DNA of 64,000 nt from Eledone cirrhosa (taxonomy: Eukaryota): the NCBI GenBank assembly GCA_964016885.1, contig OZ024741.1:78244001-78308000 (forward strand), written 5' to 3'. The position numbers were made by a program, and so were the translations under genes. Positions 49,634 through 64,000 of this stretch are shown one piece after another; position 1 is the first letter of the stretch; every line of letters begins with the position of its first letter. The notes beneath the pieces were generated by a model. That model made no database searches, was not told where the DNA came from, and was given only the letters and a program-made list of their open reading frames with translations.

Positions 49634-52506
49634 TATCATCATCATCATCATCAACGTTTAACGTCCGTGTTCCACGCTTGCATGGGTTTGGACGGGGGTT
49701 TTCCCGCTTGAGGCAAGAGTGATTGTCTTGCTCGCATAGGACTGTCTGGCAGGTTTTCTACAGTTGGATGCCCTTCCTAACACCAACCACATTTACAGTG
49801 TGGGTCTGGGAGGTTTTTACCGTGTTGCCTACACGGCCACATTACAGCTTGGACTGTGTGTTTTTTTGTCATGACACCTACACGATCTCATTTGTTTCGG
49901 CCTGGATGGTGTGGCACCAACATAACTTTACATAGAAGGGGGCGGTGTGGATGGGGTGGGGGTGGTGGGACGGGGGTGTATTTTGTTAGAGATGCCTACT
50001 GACTGTAGTAGGTTTTACTTTGTATTTAGGTAAGGCGGGTCTTCTCTATTACTGAGTACCGCCAAAGGTCTCGGTCCAGTGACATTGTCTTGGTGAGGTG
50101 TAAGTGTGTGAGGTCGGAGTTTATCAGCTCGTCCCAGGTTTTTCTGGGTCTGCCTATTCCGTGGCTACTGTCTATCTTTATTGCCCTGCACTTTGTTATA
50201 CAGCTATCGTCCTTCATGCGCATCACGTGACCATACCAACGTAGCCTTCTCTCTAGTAAACAACATCTGATCCCTCTTATTTCTAATTTTTTCCTTAGTT
50301 CGTTTATGCTTTGTCGTTCACGTATATTACTATTACACATCCAGCGGAGCATGCAAGCTTCGTTTCTCTCTAGTCTGCGCATATCCTCTGCACACAATGC
50401 CCAGGTCTCACTGCCATGCAACACTGCTGTTCGTATGCAGGCATCGTACAACCTGCCTTTCATTTTTAGGGAGAACCCTTTAGCGGCTAATAGTGGTATA
50501 AGCTCTCTGAACTTTTTCCAACCAGTTCTGACTCTAGCTACTGTACTTTCAGAGCACCCTCCCCCACTGCTGATTTTATCGCCCAGGTAACGGAAGCTGT
50601 CCACTATTTTTATAGAACCCTCTGCGCAATTGAAAGAGCTAGTATTTTGTGGGCACTTGCTGCTACTTATTGCACCAGAGCACCGGCCACATGTAAAATC
50701 TATGTTCTTAGTTAGCTTACCTGTGATCCCACTACATCTTTTATGCACCCATACTTTGCATTTAGGACATAAAATGGAGTTTCTACCTACGCCTTTCCTA
50801 TACACCGAGCACGACCATTTCCCAGAAGGGACCGCCGCCTTGTTTTCTTTCCTACAAACTAGAACTTTAGTCTTAGCCAGGTTAATTTTAAGTCCTTTTG
50901 ACTCTAGGCCGTGCTTCCATGTTTGGAATTTCTTCTCTAGCTCGGCCATTGATTCCGCTATGAGTGTCAGGTCGTCTGCGTATAGGAGTTCCCATGGGCA
51001 GCCGGTCTTGAACTCCTCTGTTATAGCCTGAAGGGCAATAATAAATAGTAGGGGGCTGAGAACAGAGCCCTGATGGACGCCAACTTTTACGCTAAACTCT
51101 TCACTATATTCGTTGTTAATTCTAACCTTGCTGACTGTTTCTTTATACATGGCTTGTATAGCCCTCACAAGCCATTCGTCAACGCCTAGTTTTCTAAGAG
51201 CCCACCAGATAATGGAGCGGGGGACTCTGTCGAAGGCTTTCTCCAAGTTGACAAAAGCTAAGTAGAGGGGTTTACCTTTAGCTAGGTACTTCTCCTGTAG
51301 TTGTCGTACAATGAAAAGAGCGTCTGTGGTACTTTTGCCTGACACAAACCCGAACTGCATTTCATCTAGGTCAATTCTCTCTCTGATTAGTTGCGCTATT
51401 ACTTTTTCCGTGACCTTCATGACCTGGTCGATTAATTTAATGCCTCTATAGTTACTCCTATCTAGGGCGTCTCCTTTACCCTTATAACAGTTAACGATGA
51501 TGCTGCTATGCCAGTCCTTCGGAACAACCCCATTCTGTACGACTTGGTTAACTATGCGGGTGACCATGGTGTGTCCCACCGTGCCAGATGCCTTCAGCAT
51601 CTCAGCAACTATTTCCGAAGGCCCAGCCGCCTTACCCGTCTTCATATCCTTGATTGCCTTACTTATTATACTCCCCTCGACTAACACTGCTGGTCCCTCT
51701 ATTGGGTCGATATGGGGGAGACTGTCTTTCTCCCATTTATTCTCCTCATTTAGTAGCCTTTCATAGTGACACTTCCAAGCTACCTTCTTATCAGCGTCGG
51801 TGATGGCAAGTGTGCCATCATCGTTTAGTACACACTTCTCCCCGACAATATCACGGTTTTCCTTGACGCATTGCCTAGCAATCCTGAACACCTCACGATT
51901 TTGGTCCTCGCGTTGTAGAACATGCTTGAACTTTCTTTCCTCTGCTTCCCTTCTTGCTAAGTACACTTGTCTCCTAGCTTCCCTCCTGGCCACTTGATAG
52001 TCTTCTCTACTTCCCCCATCCCGCCATACTTTCCAAGCCTGCTTTTTGGCCGTAATTGACCCCTCCACTTTACTGTTCCACCACCATGTTACTCTCCTCC
52101 TGCCTACAGGCCTGCTCCAGCCACAGACTTCGTCTGTCGCCATCAGCAGGTTTACTTTCAGAAATTCCCACTGTCCCTCTATATTGTCCGACTGTAAATG
52201 TTCTTCCTTACTGTCGAAAGCATCAAGTAATATGCTTTTAAATTTATTTCTGGCTGTGGGGTCCTTTAGCTTCCATATTTTTCTCCTGAGGATAGTCCTC
52301 TTCTGCTGTCGAGTACGTCTCGTCCTGACTATGAGGTCGCTAATTATCAGTCTATGTTGGGAGGTGCATTCTTCATGGGGGAGGGATTTAGTGTTTACAA
52401 CAGACACTCTGTCACGTCTTCTGGTAAGGATATAATCTACCTGGCTTGTGTGTTCCTCGGATCTATAGGTGATCAGGTGATTGTCACGTTTTTTGAAGTT
52501 AGTGTT
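49634..52506 (-). mobile_element. RTE subfamily B LINE, 5'-truncated within the APE endonuclease, frame open
   Basis: Frame continues upstream of the ORF call as [26 protein letters not shown] (APE C-terminus); RT has a D->N change (FVNLEKAFD); about 390-bp 3' UTR. Confidence 0.95.
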
Positions 52507-52512
52507 ATATAT

Positions 52513-52549
<37 letters not shown>

Positions 52550-52638
52550 AATATATATATATAAATATATATATATTTATATATATATTTATATATATAT
52601 TTATATATATATTTATATATTTATTTATATATTTATAT

Positions 52639-52669
<31 letters not shown>

Positions 52670-52741
52670 AATATAAATATATATATATAAATATATATAT
52701 AAATATATAAATATATATATATATATAAATATATATATATA

Positions 52742-52772
<31 letters not shown>

Positions 52773-52773
52773 G

Positions 52774-52825
<52 letters not shown>

Positions 52826-52856
52826 AATATATATAAATATATATATATTTAAATAT

Positions 52857-53188
52857 ATCATCATCATCATCATCATCATTTTTACGTCCGCTTTTCCTTG
52901 CTTGCAAGGGTGGGACGGGAACTGATTCTGGCTTGATTTCTACAGCTGGATGCCCTTCCTAACACCAACCTCATTTACAGTGAGTGCTGGGTGCTTTTTT
53001 CCGTGGCGCCTACACGTCCACTTTACAGTGGAATGACAGGGACCCCAGTCCCTATCATCTCATTTCTACAGCTGAGTAAACTGGAGCAATGTGAAATAAA
53101 GTGTCTTGCTCAAGGAAACAACACATCACCCGGTCTGAGAATTGAACTCACAACCTTTCGATTGCAAGGCCAATGCTCTAACCACTAA
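52857..53188 (-). mobile_element. tRNA/CORE-like SINE with RTE tail
   Basis: Close match to 46019-46330. Confidence 0.85.
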
Positions 53189-53326
53189 ATATATATATAT
53201 ATATATAAATATATATATAAATATATATATATATATACATATATATATAAATATATATCAATATATATATATATATATAAATATATATATAAATATATAT
53301 ATATATACATATATATAAATATAAAT

Positions 53327-53359
<33 letters not shown>

Positions 53360-53388
53360 AATATATATATATATAAATATATATATAT

Positions 53389-53805
53389 TACTCAGTAACA
53401 GAGAAGACCCGCCTTACCTAAATATATAGTAAAACCTACTCCAACCAGTAGGCATCTCTAACAAAATACCCCCCCCCCCCCTCACCCCATCCACACCACC
53501 CCGTTCTATGTAAAGTTATGTTGGTGCCGCGCCATAGGCCGAAACAAATGAGATCGTGTAGGTGTCACGACAAAAAAAACACACAGTCCACGCTGTAATG
53601 TGGCCGTGTAGGCAACACGGTAAAAACCTCCCAGACCCACACTGTAAATGTGGTTGGTGTTAGGAAGGGCATCCAACTGTAGAAAACCTGCCAGACAGTC
53701 CTATGCGAGCAAGACAATCACTCTTGCCTCAAGTGGGACTACCCCCGTCCAAACCCATGCAAGCGTGGAACACGGACGTTAAACGTTGATGATGATGATG
53801 ATGAT
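53389..53805 (+). mobile_element. RTE subfamily B 3' end
   Basis: ORF end plus 3' UTR and (GAT)n. Confidence 0.85.
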
Positions 53806-53828
53806 ATATATATATATATATAAATATA

Positions 53829-55750
53829 TCAGAGGCGTGCGGTGTTCCACATTGCAAGGCAGTGTGTCAATGCAAATCAGGATGTTGTTGGTGATAAATG
53901 TGTCCGGGATGATGCCGGTGTACTTAGTGTCACGAATGACCAGAAAAAGGAGGCCTGGAAATGTCATTATGAGAGACTGATGAATGTGGAGAACGAATGG
54001 GAGAGAGAGAAATTACCCTTGGTAGATCCGACAGAGGGACCAGCTATTGAGATTGACGAATATAGGGTCCAAGAGGCGATTAGGGAAATGAAAAATGGTA
54101 AGGCGGCCGGACCATCGGGAATAGTTGCTGAGATGCTGAAGGCATCAGGGGACGTAGGCACTAAACTGGTTGCACGCATCATCAATCAGGCTATATATGG
54201 TGGTGTCATACCCAAAGACTGGTGCAGCAGTATATTCTCATAAATTGCTACAAAGGTAAAGGGGATGCTTTGGAGAGGAGCAATTATAGGGGTATAAAAC
54301 TGATAGATCAGGTTATGAAAGTGGCAGAAAGGATTTTAGCACAACTAATTAGAGAAAGGGTCAAACTAGATGAGATGCAGTTTGGTTTTGTGCCTGGGAA
54401 GAGTACAACAGATGCCCTCTTCTTGGTGAGACAAATGCAAGAGAGGTTCTTAGAGAAGAATAAACCACTATACTTAGCGTTTGTTGACCTAGAGAAGGCC
54501 TTTGATAGGGTACCCTGATCTGTCATCTGGTGGTCCCTAAGGAAGCTGGGTGTTGAGGAATGGCTTGTGAGGACAGTGCAAACTTTGTACAGAGGTACTC
54601 TCAGTAAAGTCAGGGTAGGAATGGAGTTTAGTGAGGAATTCCAGATACAAGTAGGAGTACATCAGGGTTCGGTCCTCAGCCCGCTCTTGTTCATTATAGT
54701 CCTCCAAGCCATAACAGAGGAGTTTAAGACTGGCTGTCCATGGGAACTTCTCTATGCTGACGATCTGGCTCTTATGGCAGAATCAGTAGAGGAGCTAGAG
54801 AATAAATTCCGGCTATGGAAACAGCAGTTGGAAGCAAGAGGACTGAGAGTAAATCTAGCTAAGACAAAAGTGTTGATGAGTAGAAAAGAGGACAAAACCC
54901 TGATTCCGTCAGGGAAATGGCCATGTTCGATATGCAGAAAAGGAACTGGCATAAATTCTATAAAATGCACACAATGCAGGTCCTGGGTACACAAGAGATG
55001 TAGCGGGATAGCAGGCAAACTAACAGGTAGGGAGAAATATGTATGCAGTAGATGTACAGGGAAATTAGACAGTAGAAGTCGCACTGATAGACACATTTTT
55101 CAAATGCGAGAGGGCGCTATAGAAGTGGTGGATAGCTTCCGGTACCTAGGAGATCAGATTAGCATGGGAGGAGGGTGTTCCGAGGCCATAGTATCTAGAA
55201 TAAGGACGGGTTGGAAGAAGTTTAGGGAGCTGCTTCCTCTGTTGACGAAGAAGGGTTTCTCCCTGCGTACGAAAGGCCGGTTGTATGATGCCTGTGTGAG
55301 GAGCGCGATGCTGCATGGTAGTGAGACATGGGCAGCAACCGCAGAAGATATGCGACGGCTGGAGAGAAATGAGGCAAGCATGCTCCGTTGGATGTGCAGT
55401 GTAAATGTGCGTGAACGACCCAGCATAAATGTGTTGAGAGAGAAACTGTGTCTGAGAGGGATAGAATGTAGTGTACGGGAGAGGAGACTGAGGTGGTATG
55501 GACATGTGATGCGCATGGAGGATGACCGATGGGTGAAGAAGTGCCAGGAAATGCCAGTTGAAGGAAGACGTGGTAGAGGTAGACCACGAAAAACATGGGC
55601 GGAGGTGGTGAGAACAGACCTCAGATCATTGAAGCTCACGGTGGAGATGACGAGGGACCGTGACGAGTGGAGAGATGCTGTGCTGAATAAGACCCGTCCC
55701 ACCCTTGCAAGCAGGGAAAAGCGGACGTAAAATGATGATGATGATGATGA
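53829..55750 (+). mobile_element. RTE subfamily C LINE, 5'-truncated
   Basis: ORFs 53842-54243, 54222-54518 and 54567-55730 (one frameshift, one TGA); no long 3' UTR. Confidence 0.93.
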
Positions 55751-55809
55751 TATATAAATATATATATATAAATATATATATAAATATATATATAAATATA
55801 TATAAATAT

Positions 55810-55888
<79 letters not shown>

Positions 55889-55924
55889 TAAATATATATA
55901 TATAAATATAAATATATAAATATA

Positions 55925-55956
<32 letters not shown>

Positions 55957-56297
55957 AATATATATATAAAAATATATATATAAATATATATATATATAAA
56001 TATATATATAAATATATATATATAAATATATATATAAATATATATATATAAATATATATATAAATATATATATATATAAATATATATATATAAATATATA
56101 TATATATAAATATATAAATATATAAATATATAAATATATATATATATTGTTATACTTTGGGAGGGTCATGTTGCCAATAAGAAACACACGCACCAGTTGC
56201 TTTCACTTCAATTTATTATATATTTATAAATTTATAAATTTACAAACTCATAAATTTCTGGTTGGTTGGTTCCACAACCAGATAGTTGTTTATATAT

Positions 56298-56342
56298 AGT
56301 CATAGTCCTTTCGTCACACACTCTGTGACCTCATCAGTGACT
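56298..56342 (-). ncRNA. Minimal type I hammerhead ribozyme motif
   Basis: AGTCA-CTGATGA-G-GTCACA gagtg TGTGAC-GAAA-GGAC-TA-TGACT: stem I AGTCA/TGACT, stem II GTCACA/TGTGAC. Confidence 0.75.
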
Positions 56343-59268
56343 GGGGATTCCTTTCTTCTATCCTACGCCATTTTGTTTCTGTGTATGTGTTGTGTGCTCA
56401 GTTTGCGCATGCGCCACATCCGGGTGTCTGTGTGTGTTTGTGTTCATTTATCTATTTGTTTATTTATTTATTTATTTATTGTTGGTTGGTTGTTTGTTCT
56501 ATGTGTGTGTGTGTTTTCATTTTGTCCTGTGTGTGTTTTCATTTTGTCCTTAATTGTAAGTTGTTTGTTCTATGTGTGTGTGTGTTTTCATTTTGTCCTG
56601 TGTGTGTTTTCATTTTGTCCTTAATTGTAAGTTGTGATGTTGCTGTTCCACTCATATTTTCTATTTAATTTTGGTTTTAATTCTTTTATGCTTACTGCCT
56701 CTATAATTTGCCTAAACATTGCGTCTTTTCTGTGTGTGGATTCTATTTTTATTTCTATGTTCTCTAATCTACCCCTGTGTTCTATCTTAGCATGTTGGTA
56801 GAGCACAGATGATTCTTTATTATCTTGGAGGTCTCGCCAGTGTTCATTTATTCGTTCCCCTATACTACGAGCTGTCTCACCTATGTACACTATATTTTTG
56901 TTTCTACATTGTCCTTCAGTACATCTTATGCTATACACTACATTTCTAGTTTTACAGTTAATATGGGGGCTTATTTTACAGGTTATACATTTCTTATCTA
57001 TACATGAGGGTCTTTGGAACGGGTATGTCTTGCTAATAAGTGTTTTTACGGAGGTACCTGGTCTTTCTACTATCTTAATATTGAGATTATGTTTATTTAG
57101 GGCCCTTCTAAATTTGTAGGCTAGTTCGCCTTTAGGGGTTGTATTGATGAACATTACACTCTGGTATTTATTGCTATCATACCATGAGTTTATTCTATTG
57201 GCCTTGTTCCTAGTTCTTTCTATTCTATTCCAAAATTTGCTCCTATACAAGGGGCAGGTCCCATTTATGTCATTATTTACCATTTTTTCCCGTTTGGTTC
57301 TGGCTCCTTTATACACTCTGATTCTATCTCTCTGATTGTAGCCAGAGAACTGCATACGGTGGATGAAGTGTTGTATGTGTCTCTCTAGTTCTTCGGGGTT
57401 GCACATGCGGGACACATTTCTCATCACCCGTACCAAATCCGCAATCAGTATGTTGATTTTGGTATGGTCCGAAATGGCCGAGTTTCGGTGGATCAGATGT
57501 TTGGAAGTCATGGGTTTGGCATAATGGGAATGGAGGATTTGTTTTTGGTTGTTAATGGTATCTAACCAGAGCTCTGTGTCTAGTACAGGTAATCGATGGT
57601 TGGGGTGTCTACTTGGGTAGTCTATAGTAACTCTAATGCTCTGGTGGATGGAGTTTGCTATTTGCTGGATGCTTTCCATTGTGTTTTTCTCTAGTTCCTG
57701 ACTGTTCTTTAGTGGGGGTGTCTTAACTACGATGTTTATATCATCTACGTAGCGGGAGTACATTATCAGGGTTAAGCTGTCTTCTAATTGTTCTTTAAGT
57801 TTTTGTTTAAGTCTACTGTCCCACCATACCATGAATAAGTTAGCTATGTCGCCTGCAATGCTAACACCAATGGCTGCTCCTTCCTCTTGGGCATATGTTT
57901 TACCATTAAATTTGAACATATGTTCCTTAAGGGTTAATTTTATGCTGGCCCCTACCGCATGTGCAATCATTTTCTTCAGTTCATCGTGGTTTTCGGGTGT
58001 CCGTATGGCTCTGGTCCACCCGTTCCATCTATCTGTGTGGGTTTTCTTGGCCATTGAGGTAATGGTAGGTGGTCTGCCTCTTGCTGGTCTTGTAGGGCAC
58101 AGGTTGCTAAGGTCATAAGTGTCTAGGTAACTATTACTATGGGTAAGCTTAAGTAGAAGTCCCAGCTCACTGGTATCAATCCCACGGAACTCAACCTTGC
58201 TCTCGCTGATCATTTCTACGCATTTCTCCACAGCAAACTCCATGTCAATAGATGGATACAGGGACACAACATCCATACTGCCTATTATGCAGTTTGTTAG
58301 GTCCCCAGATCGGTTACCCGCGCCGATTCTGCTGAGGAGGTCCTCCGTGCTGTCACATACATCTGGGGACATCTCAATGATGGGGCGTATGATCAGGGAG
58401 AGGAAGTAGGACAGTCTGTAGTTACTAGCAATGTTAGCCCCACAGACTGGCTGTGTTGGTGGTCCCGCGACAGGGTCCCAGCCCGTTTTATGGTCTTTTC
58501 GAAGCCCATACAACGCCGGCACGTCATTGTTCCAGGCCTGGAAGTTGTTGGCAGTCCTTTTGTTGGGCTGCATTATATTCGTCCACATCACCATATGGGC
58601 ATTGAGGGCTTTTTCTCTATCCTCATGCTCCTGTGGTGTTACCTCTCTTGTGTTAGTGATGTGGGGTTGCATTGCCTGGATGTAGTTTGGCAGGCTGTCA
58701 ACCGACATTCTGCCAGACTTGTCTGTTGGAAAACATGCTATCTCTCCATTACGCGAGCGCTGCATGAGCTTACGCAAGCCATTTGCAGATTTTTCTCCCA
58801 GTTGCTGGGCCTCTATTCTATTATGCTTCTTGCTATACTGTTCTATAATATTTCTAAGAAAAGACGCAATGTTTAGGAAAATTACAGAGGCAGTAAGTAT
58901 AAAAGAATTAAAACCAAAATTAAATAGAAAATATGAGTGGAACAGCAACATCACAACTTACAATTAAGGACAAAATGAAAACACACACAGGACAAAATGA
59001 AAACACACACACACATAGAACAAACAACTTACAATTAAGGACAAAATGAAAACACACACAGGACAAAATGAAAACACACACACACATAGAACAAACAACC
59101 AACCAACAATAAATAAATAAATAAATAAACAAATAGATAAATGAACACAAACACACACAGACACCCGGATGTGGTGCATGCGCAAACTGAGCACACAACA
59201 CATACACAGAAACAAAATGGCGTAGGATAGAAGAAAGGAAAGGCACAGAAACAAAGAAAGGAATCCCC

Positions 59269-59313
59269 AGTCACTGATGAGGTCACAGAGTGTGTGATGA
59301 AAGGACTATGACT
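59269..59313 (+). ncRNA. Hammerhead motif in the inverted pLTR
   Basis: Same as 56298-56342 with one C>T at the base of stem II. Confidence 0.7.
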
Positions 59314-59789
59314 ATATATAAACAACTATCTGGTTGTGGAACCAACCAACCAACCAGAAATTTATGAGTTTGTAAATTTGTAAATTTATAAATTTATAAA
59401 TATATAATAAATTGAAGTGAAAGCAACTGGTGCGTGTGTTTCTTATTGGCAACATGACCCTCCCAAAGTATAACAATATCGGTTTCAACACACGATTTCA
59501 GATAAAGAATCTTGCTAAACAAATTCAGAAACGAAATATATATATATAAATATGAAATATAAAAAAAATAATGAATAAAACAATGAAACAGTTCCTTATA
59601 TTAAACAAAAAAAGTTCATTATTTAATGATCGTTTCTAGGACATATATGTGTTAGAATTGGTATGCATATTCAACAGATCTATGTACAAAATTATACAAA
59701 ATTATACAAATTATCAAATAGAATATACATACCAACACATACATATGCCGTCTTCAGAAATAATTTATAAATATATATATATATATATA

Positions 59790-60760
<971 letters not shown>

Positions 60761-60809
60761 TATATATATATAAATATATATATATATAAATATATATAAA
60801 TATATATAT

Positions 60810-62500
60810 ATCATCATCATCATCAACGTTTAACGTCCGTGTTCCACGCTTGCATGGGTTTGGACGGGGGTTTTCCCACTTGAGGCAAGAGTGATTGTCT
60901 TGCTCGCATAGGACTGTCTGGCAGGTTTTTTTACAGTTGGATGCCCTTCCTAACACCAACCACATTTACAGTGAGGGTCTGGGAGGTTTTTACCGTGTTG
61001 CCTACACGGCCACATTACAGCTTGGACTGTGTGTTTTTTTTGTCGTGACACCTACACGATCTCATTTGTTTCGGCCTGGATGGTGTGGCACCAACATAAC
61101 TTGACATAGAAGGGGGCGGTGTGGATGGGGTGGGGGTGGTGGGACGGGGGTGTACTTTGTTAGAGATGCCTACTGATTGTAGTAGGTTTTACTATGTATT
61201 TAGGTAAGGCGGGTCTTCTCTATTACTGAGTACCGCCAAAGGTCTCGGTCCAGTGACATTGTCTTGGAGAGGTGTAAGTGTGTGAGGTCGGAGTTTATCA
61301 GCTCGTCCCAGGTTTTTCTAGGTCTGCCTATTCCGTGGCTACCGTCTATCTTTATTGCCCTGCACTTTGTTATACAGCTATCGACTTTCATGCGCATCAC
61401 GTGTCCATACCAACGTAGCTTTCTCTCAAGTAAACAACATCTGATCCCTCTTATTTCTAATTTTTTCCTTAGTTCGTTTATGCTTTGACGTTCACGTATA
61501 TTACTATTACACATCCAGCGGAGCATGCAAGCTTCATTCCTCTCTAGTCTGCGTATATCCTCTGCACACAATGCCCAGGTCTCACTGCCATGCAACATTG
61601 CTGTTCGTATGCAGGCATCATACAACCTGCCTTTCATTTTTAGGGAGAACCCTTTAGCGGCTAATAGTGGTATAAGCTCTCTGAACTTTTTCCATCCAGT
61701 TCTGACTCTAGCTACTGTACTTTCAGAGCACCCTCCCCCACTGCTGATTTTGTCACCCAGGTAACGGAAGCTGTCCACTATTTCTATAGAGCCCTCTGCG
61801 CAGTTGAAAGAGCTAGTATTTTGTGGGCACTTGCTGCTACTTATTGCACCAGAGCACCGGCCTCATGTGAAATCTATGTTCTTAGTTAGCTTACCTGTGA
61901 TCCCACTACATCTTTTATGCACCCATACTTTGCATTTCTGACACAAAATGGAATTTCTACCTACGCCTTTCCTACACACTGAGCATGGCCACTTCCCGGA
62001 AGGGACCGCCGCCTTATTTTCTTTCCTACAAACTAGAACTTTGGTCTTAGACAGATTAATTTTAAGGCCTTTTGATTCTAGGCCGTGCTTCCATGTTTGG
62101 AATTTCTTCAGCTTTGAGTGTTAGGTCGTCTGCGTATAGGAGTTCCCATGGGCAGCCGGTCTTGAACTCCTCTGTTATAGCCTGAAGGGCAATAATAAAT
62201 AGTAGGGGGCTGAGAACAGAGCCCTGATGGACGCCAGCTTTTACGCTAAACTCTTCACTATATTCGTTGTTAATTCTAACCTCGCTGACTGTTTCTTTAT
62301 ACATGGCTTGTATAGCTCTCACAAGCCATTCGTCGACACTTAGTTTTCTAAGGGCCCACCAGATAATGGAACGGGGGACTCTGTCGAAGGCTTTCTCCAA
62401 GTCGACAAAAGCTAAGTAGAGGGGTTTACTTTTAGCTAGGTACTTCTCCTGTAGTTGTCGTACAATGAAAAGAGCGTCTGTGGTACTTTTGCCTGACACA
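60810..62500 (-). mobile_element. RTE subfamily B LINE, 5'-truncated, frameshifted near 62110
   Basis: ORFs 62062-62499 and 61200-61778 plus 3' UTR. Confidence 0.92.
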
Positions 62501-62593
62501 AATATATAAATATATATATATTTATATAAATATATATAAATATATATATATTTATATAAATATATATAAATATATATATATTTATATAAATAT

Positions 62594-62628
<35 letters not shown>

Positions 62629-62640
62629 AATATATATATA

Positions 62641-63722
62641 AAAGATGTAGTGGGATCACAGGTAAACTAACTAAGAACATAGATTTTACATGTGGCCGGT
62701 GTTCTGGTGCAATAAGTAGCAGCAAGTGCCCACAAAATACTAGCTCTTTCAATTGCGCAGAGGGTTCTATAGAAATAGTGGACAGCTTCCGTTACCTGGG
62801 CGATAAAATCAGCAGTGGGGGAGGGTGCTCTGAAAGTACTGTAGCTAGAGTCAGAACTGGTTGGAAAAAGTTCAGAGAGCTTATACCACTATTAGCTGCT
62901 AAAGGGTTCTCCCTAAAAATGAAAGGCAGGTTGTACGATGCCTGCATACGAACAGCAATGTTGCATGGCAGTGAGACCTGGGCATTGTGTGCAGAGGATA
63001 TACGCAGACTAGAGAGGAATGAAGCTTGCATGCTCCGCTGGATGTGTAACAGTAATATACGTGAACGGCAAAGCATAAACGAACTAAGGAAAAAATTAGA
63101 GATAAGAGGGATCAGATGTTGTTTACTCGAGAGAAGGCTACGTTGGTATGGACACGTGATGCGCAGGAAAGTCGATAGCTGTATAACAAAGTGCAGGGCA
63201 ATAAAGATAGACGGTAGCCACGGAATAGGCAGACCTAGAAAAACCTGGGACGAGCTGATAAACTCCGACCTCACACACTTACACCTCTCCAAGACAATGT
63301 CACTGGACCGAGACCTTTGGCGGTACTCAGTAACAGAGAAGACCCGCCTTGCCAGTAGGCATCTCTAACAAATACACCCCGTCCCGCCACCACCCCCACC
63401 CATCCACACCACCCCGTCCTATGTAAAGTTATGTTGGTGCCGCGCCATCCAGACCGAAACAAATGAGATCGTGTAGGTGTCACGACAAAAAAACACACAG
63501 TCCACGCTGTAATGTGGCCGTGTAGGCAACACGGTAAAAACCTCCCAGACCCACACTGTAAATGTGGTTGGTGTTAGGAAGGGCATCCAACTGTAGAAAA
63601 CCTGCCAGACAGTCCTATGCGAGCAAGACAATCACTCTTGCCTCAAGTGGGACTACCCCCGTCCAAACCCATGCAAGCGTGGAACACGGACGTTAAACGT
63701 TGATGATGATGATGATGATGAT
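62641..63722 (+). mobile_element. RTE subfamily B LINE, 5'-truncated
   Basis: ORF 62778-63368 plus 3' UTR and (GAT)n. Confidence 0.92.
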
Positions 63723-64000
63723 ATGTAGGAGGTGAGTTTTATTGTAGTACAATATGTTGATTTAAAACTGCACTATCCACAAGTGTTTTTTAACCTTCAT
63801 ATCATGTCTTCCTATTTTATGTGATGAAAACACAAATGTTATTGCATGATGATATTTGTTTTTGAAATGCGCATAATAAAATACATGGAACTCTTTTAAC
63901 CATCTTTTGATCTTATATATTATATATATATATATATATGCAAGCAAGAAAAAGCGGACGTAAAATGATGATGATGATGATATATATATATATATTATCA

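Larger units (their letters stand above)
56145..59535 (-). mobile_element. Penelope-like retroelement (RT + GIY-YIG) with inverted pLTR
   Basis: Open frame 56621-about 58856: SMDVVSLYPSI, QEEGAAIG, RYVDD, NVVYSIRC...VYIGET. Segment 58857-59479 is an inverted copy of 56145-56731. Confidence 0.95.

Noticed and set aside
52473-52907. Long Ile/Tyr-rich ORFs (also 55636-56193, 59692-59886)
   Set aside because: Translations of (TA)n microsatellite.
58857-58954. N-terminus of the 777-aa Penelope ORF call
   Set aside because: It is the antisense of the inverted pLTR, in frame by chance; the real ORF is 5'-truncated.

Overview
AT-rich, repeat-dense animal genomic DNA. The SINE/LINE repertoire suggests a coleoid cephalopod such as Octopus (inference). 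Two host genes converge. The terminal, tail-anchor exon of a Bax-like gene lies on + (767-877). The 3' 16 coding exons of an FGD6-like RhoGEF (DH-PH-FYVE-PH) lie on - (14763-42827); all junctions are GT-AG and in phase, and the 5' exons appear to lie beyond the window. FGD introns hold a full-length Gypsy LTR element, a decayed Helitron and a Tc1/mariner deletion derivative. From about 43.7 to 64 kb there is a nest of young RTE LINEs, Penelope-like elements (PLEs) and SINEs separated by (TA)n arrays. Most notable: (i) minimal hammerhead ribozyme motifs in several PLE and fold-back families, with covarying stems; (ii) a C4HC3 PHD-type finger embedded inside the RT domain of three RTE subfamilies; (iii) modular sharing of 3' ends between RTE LINEs and a tRNA/CORE-like SINE; (iv) candidate cassette exons in the FGD C-terminal PH domain. 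Coordinates were read by eye; repeat boundaries are approximate.
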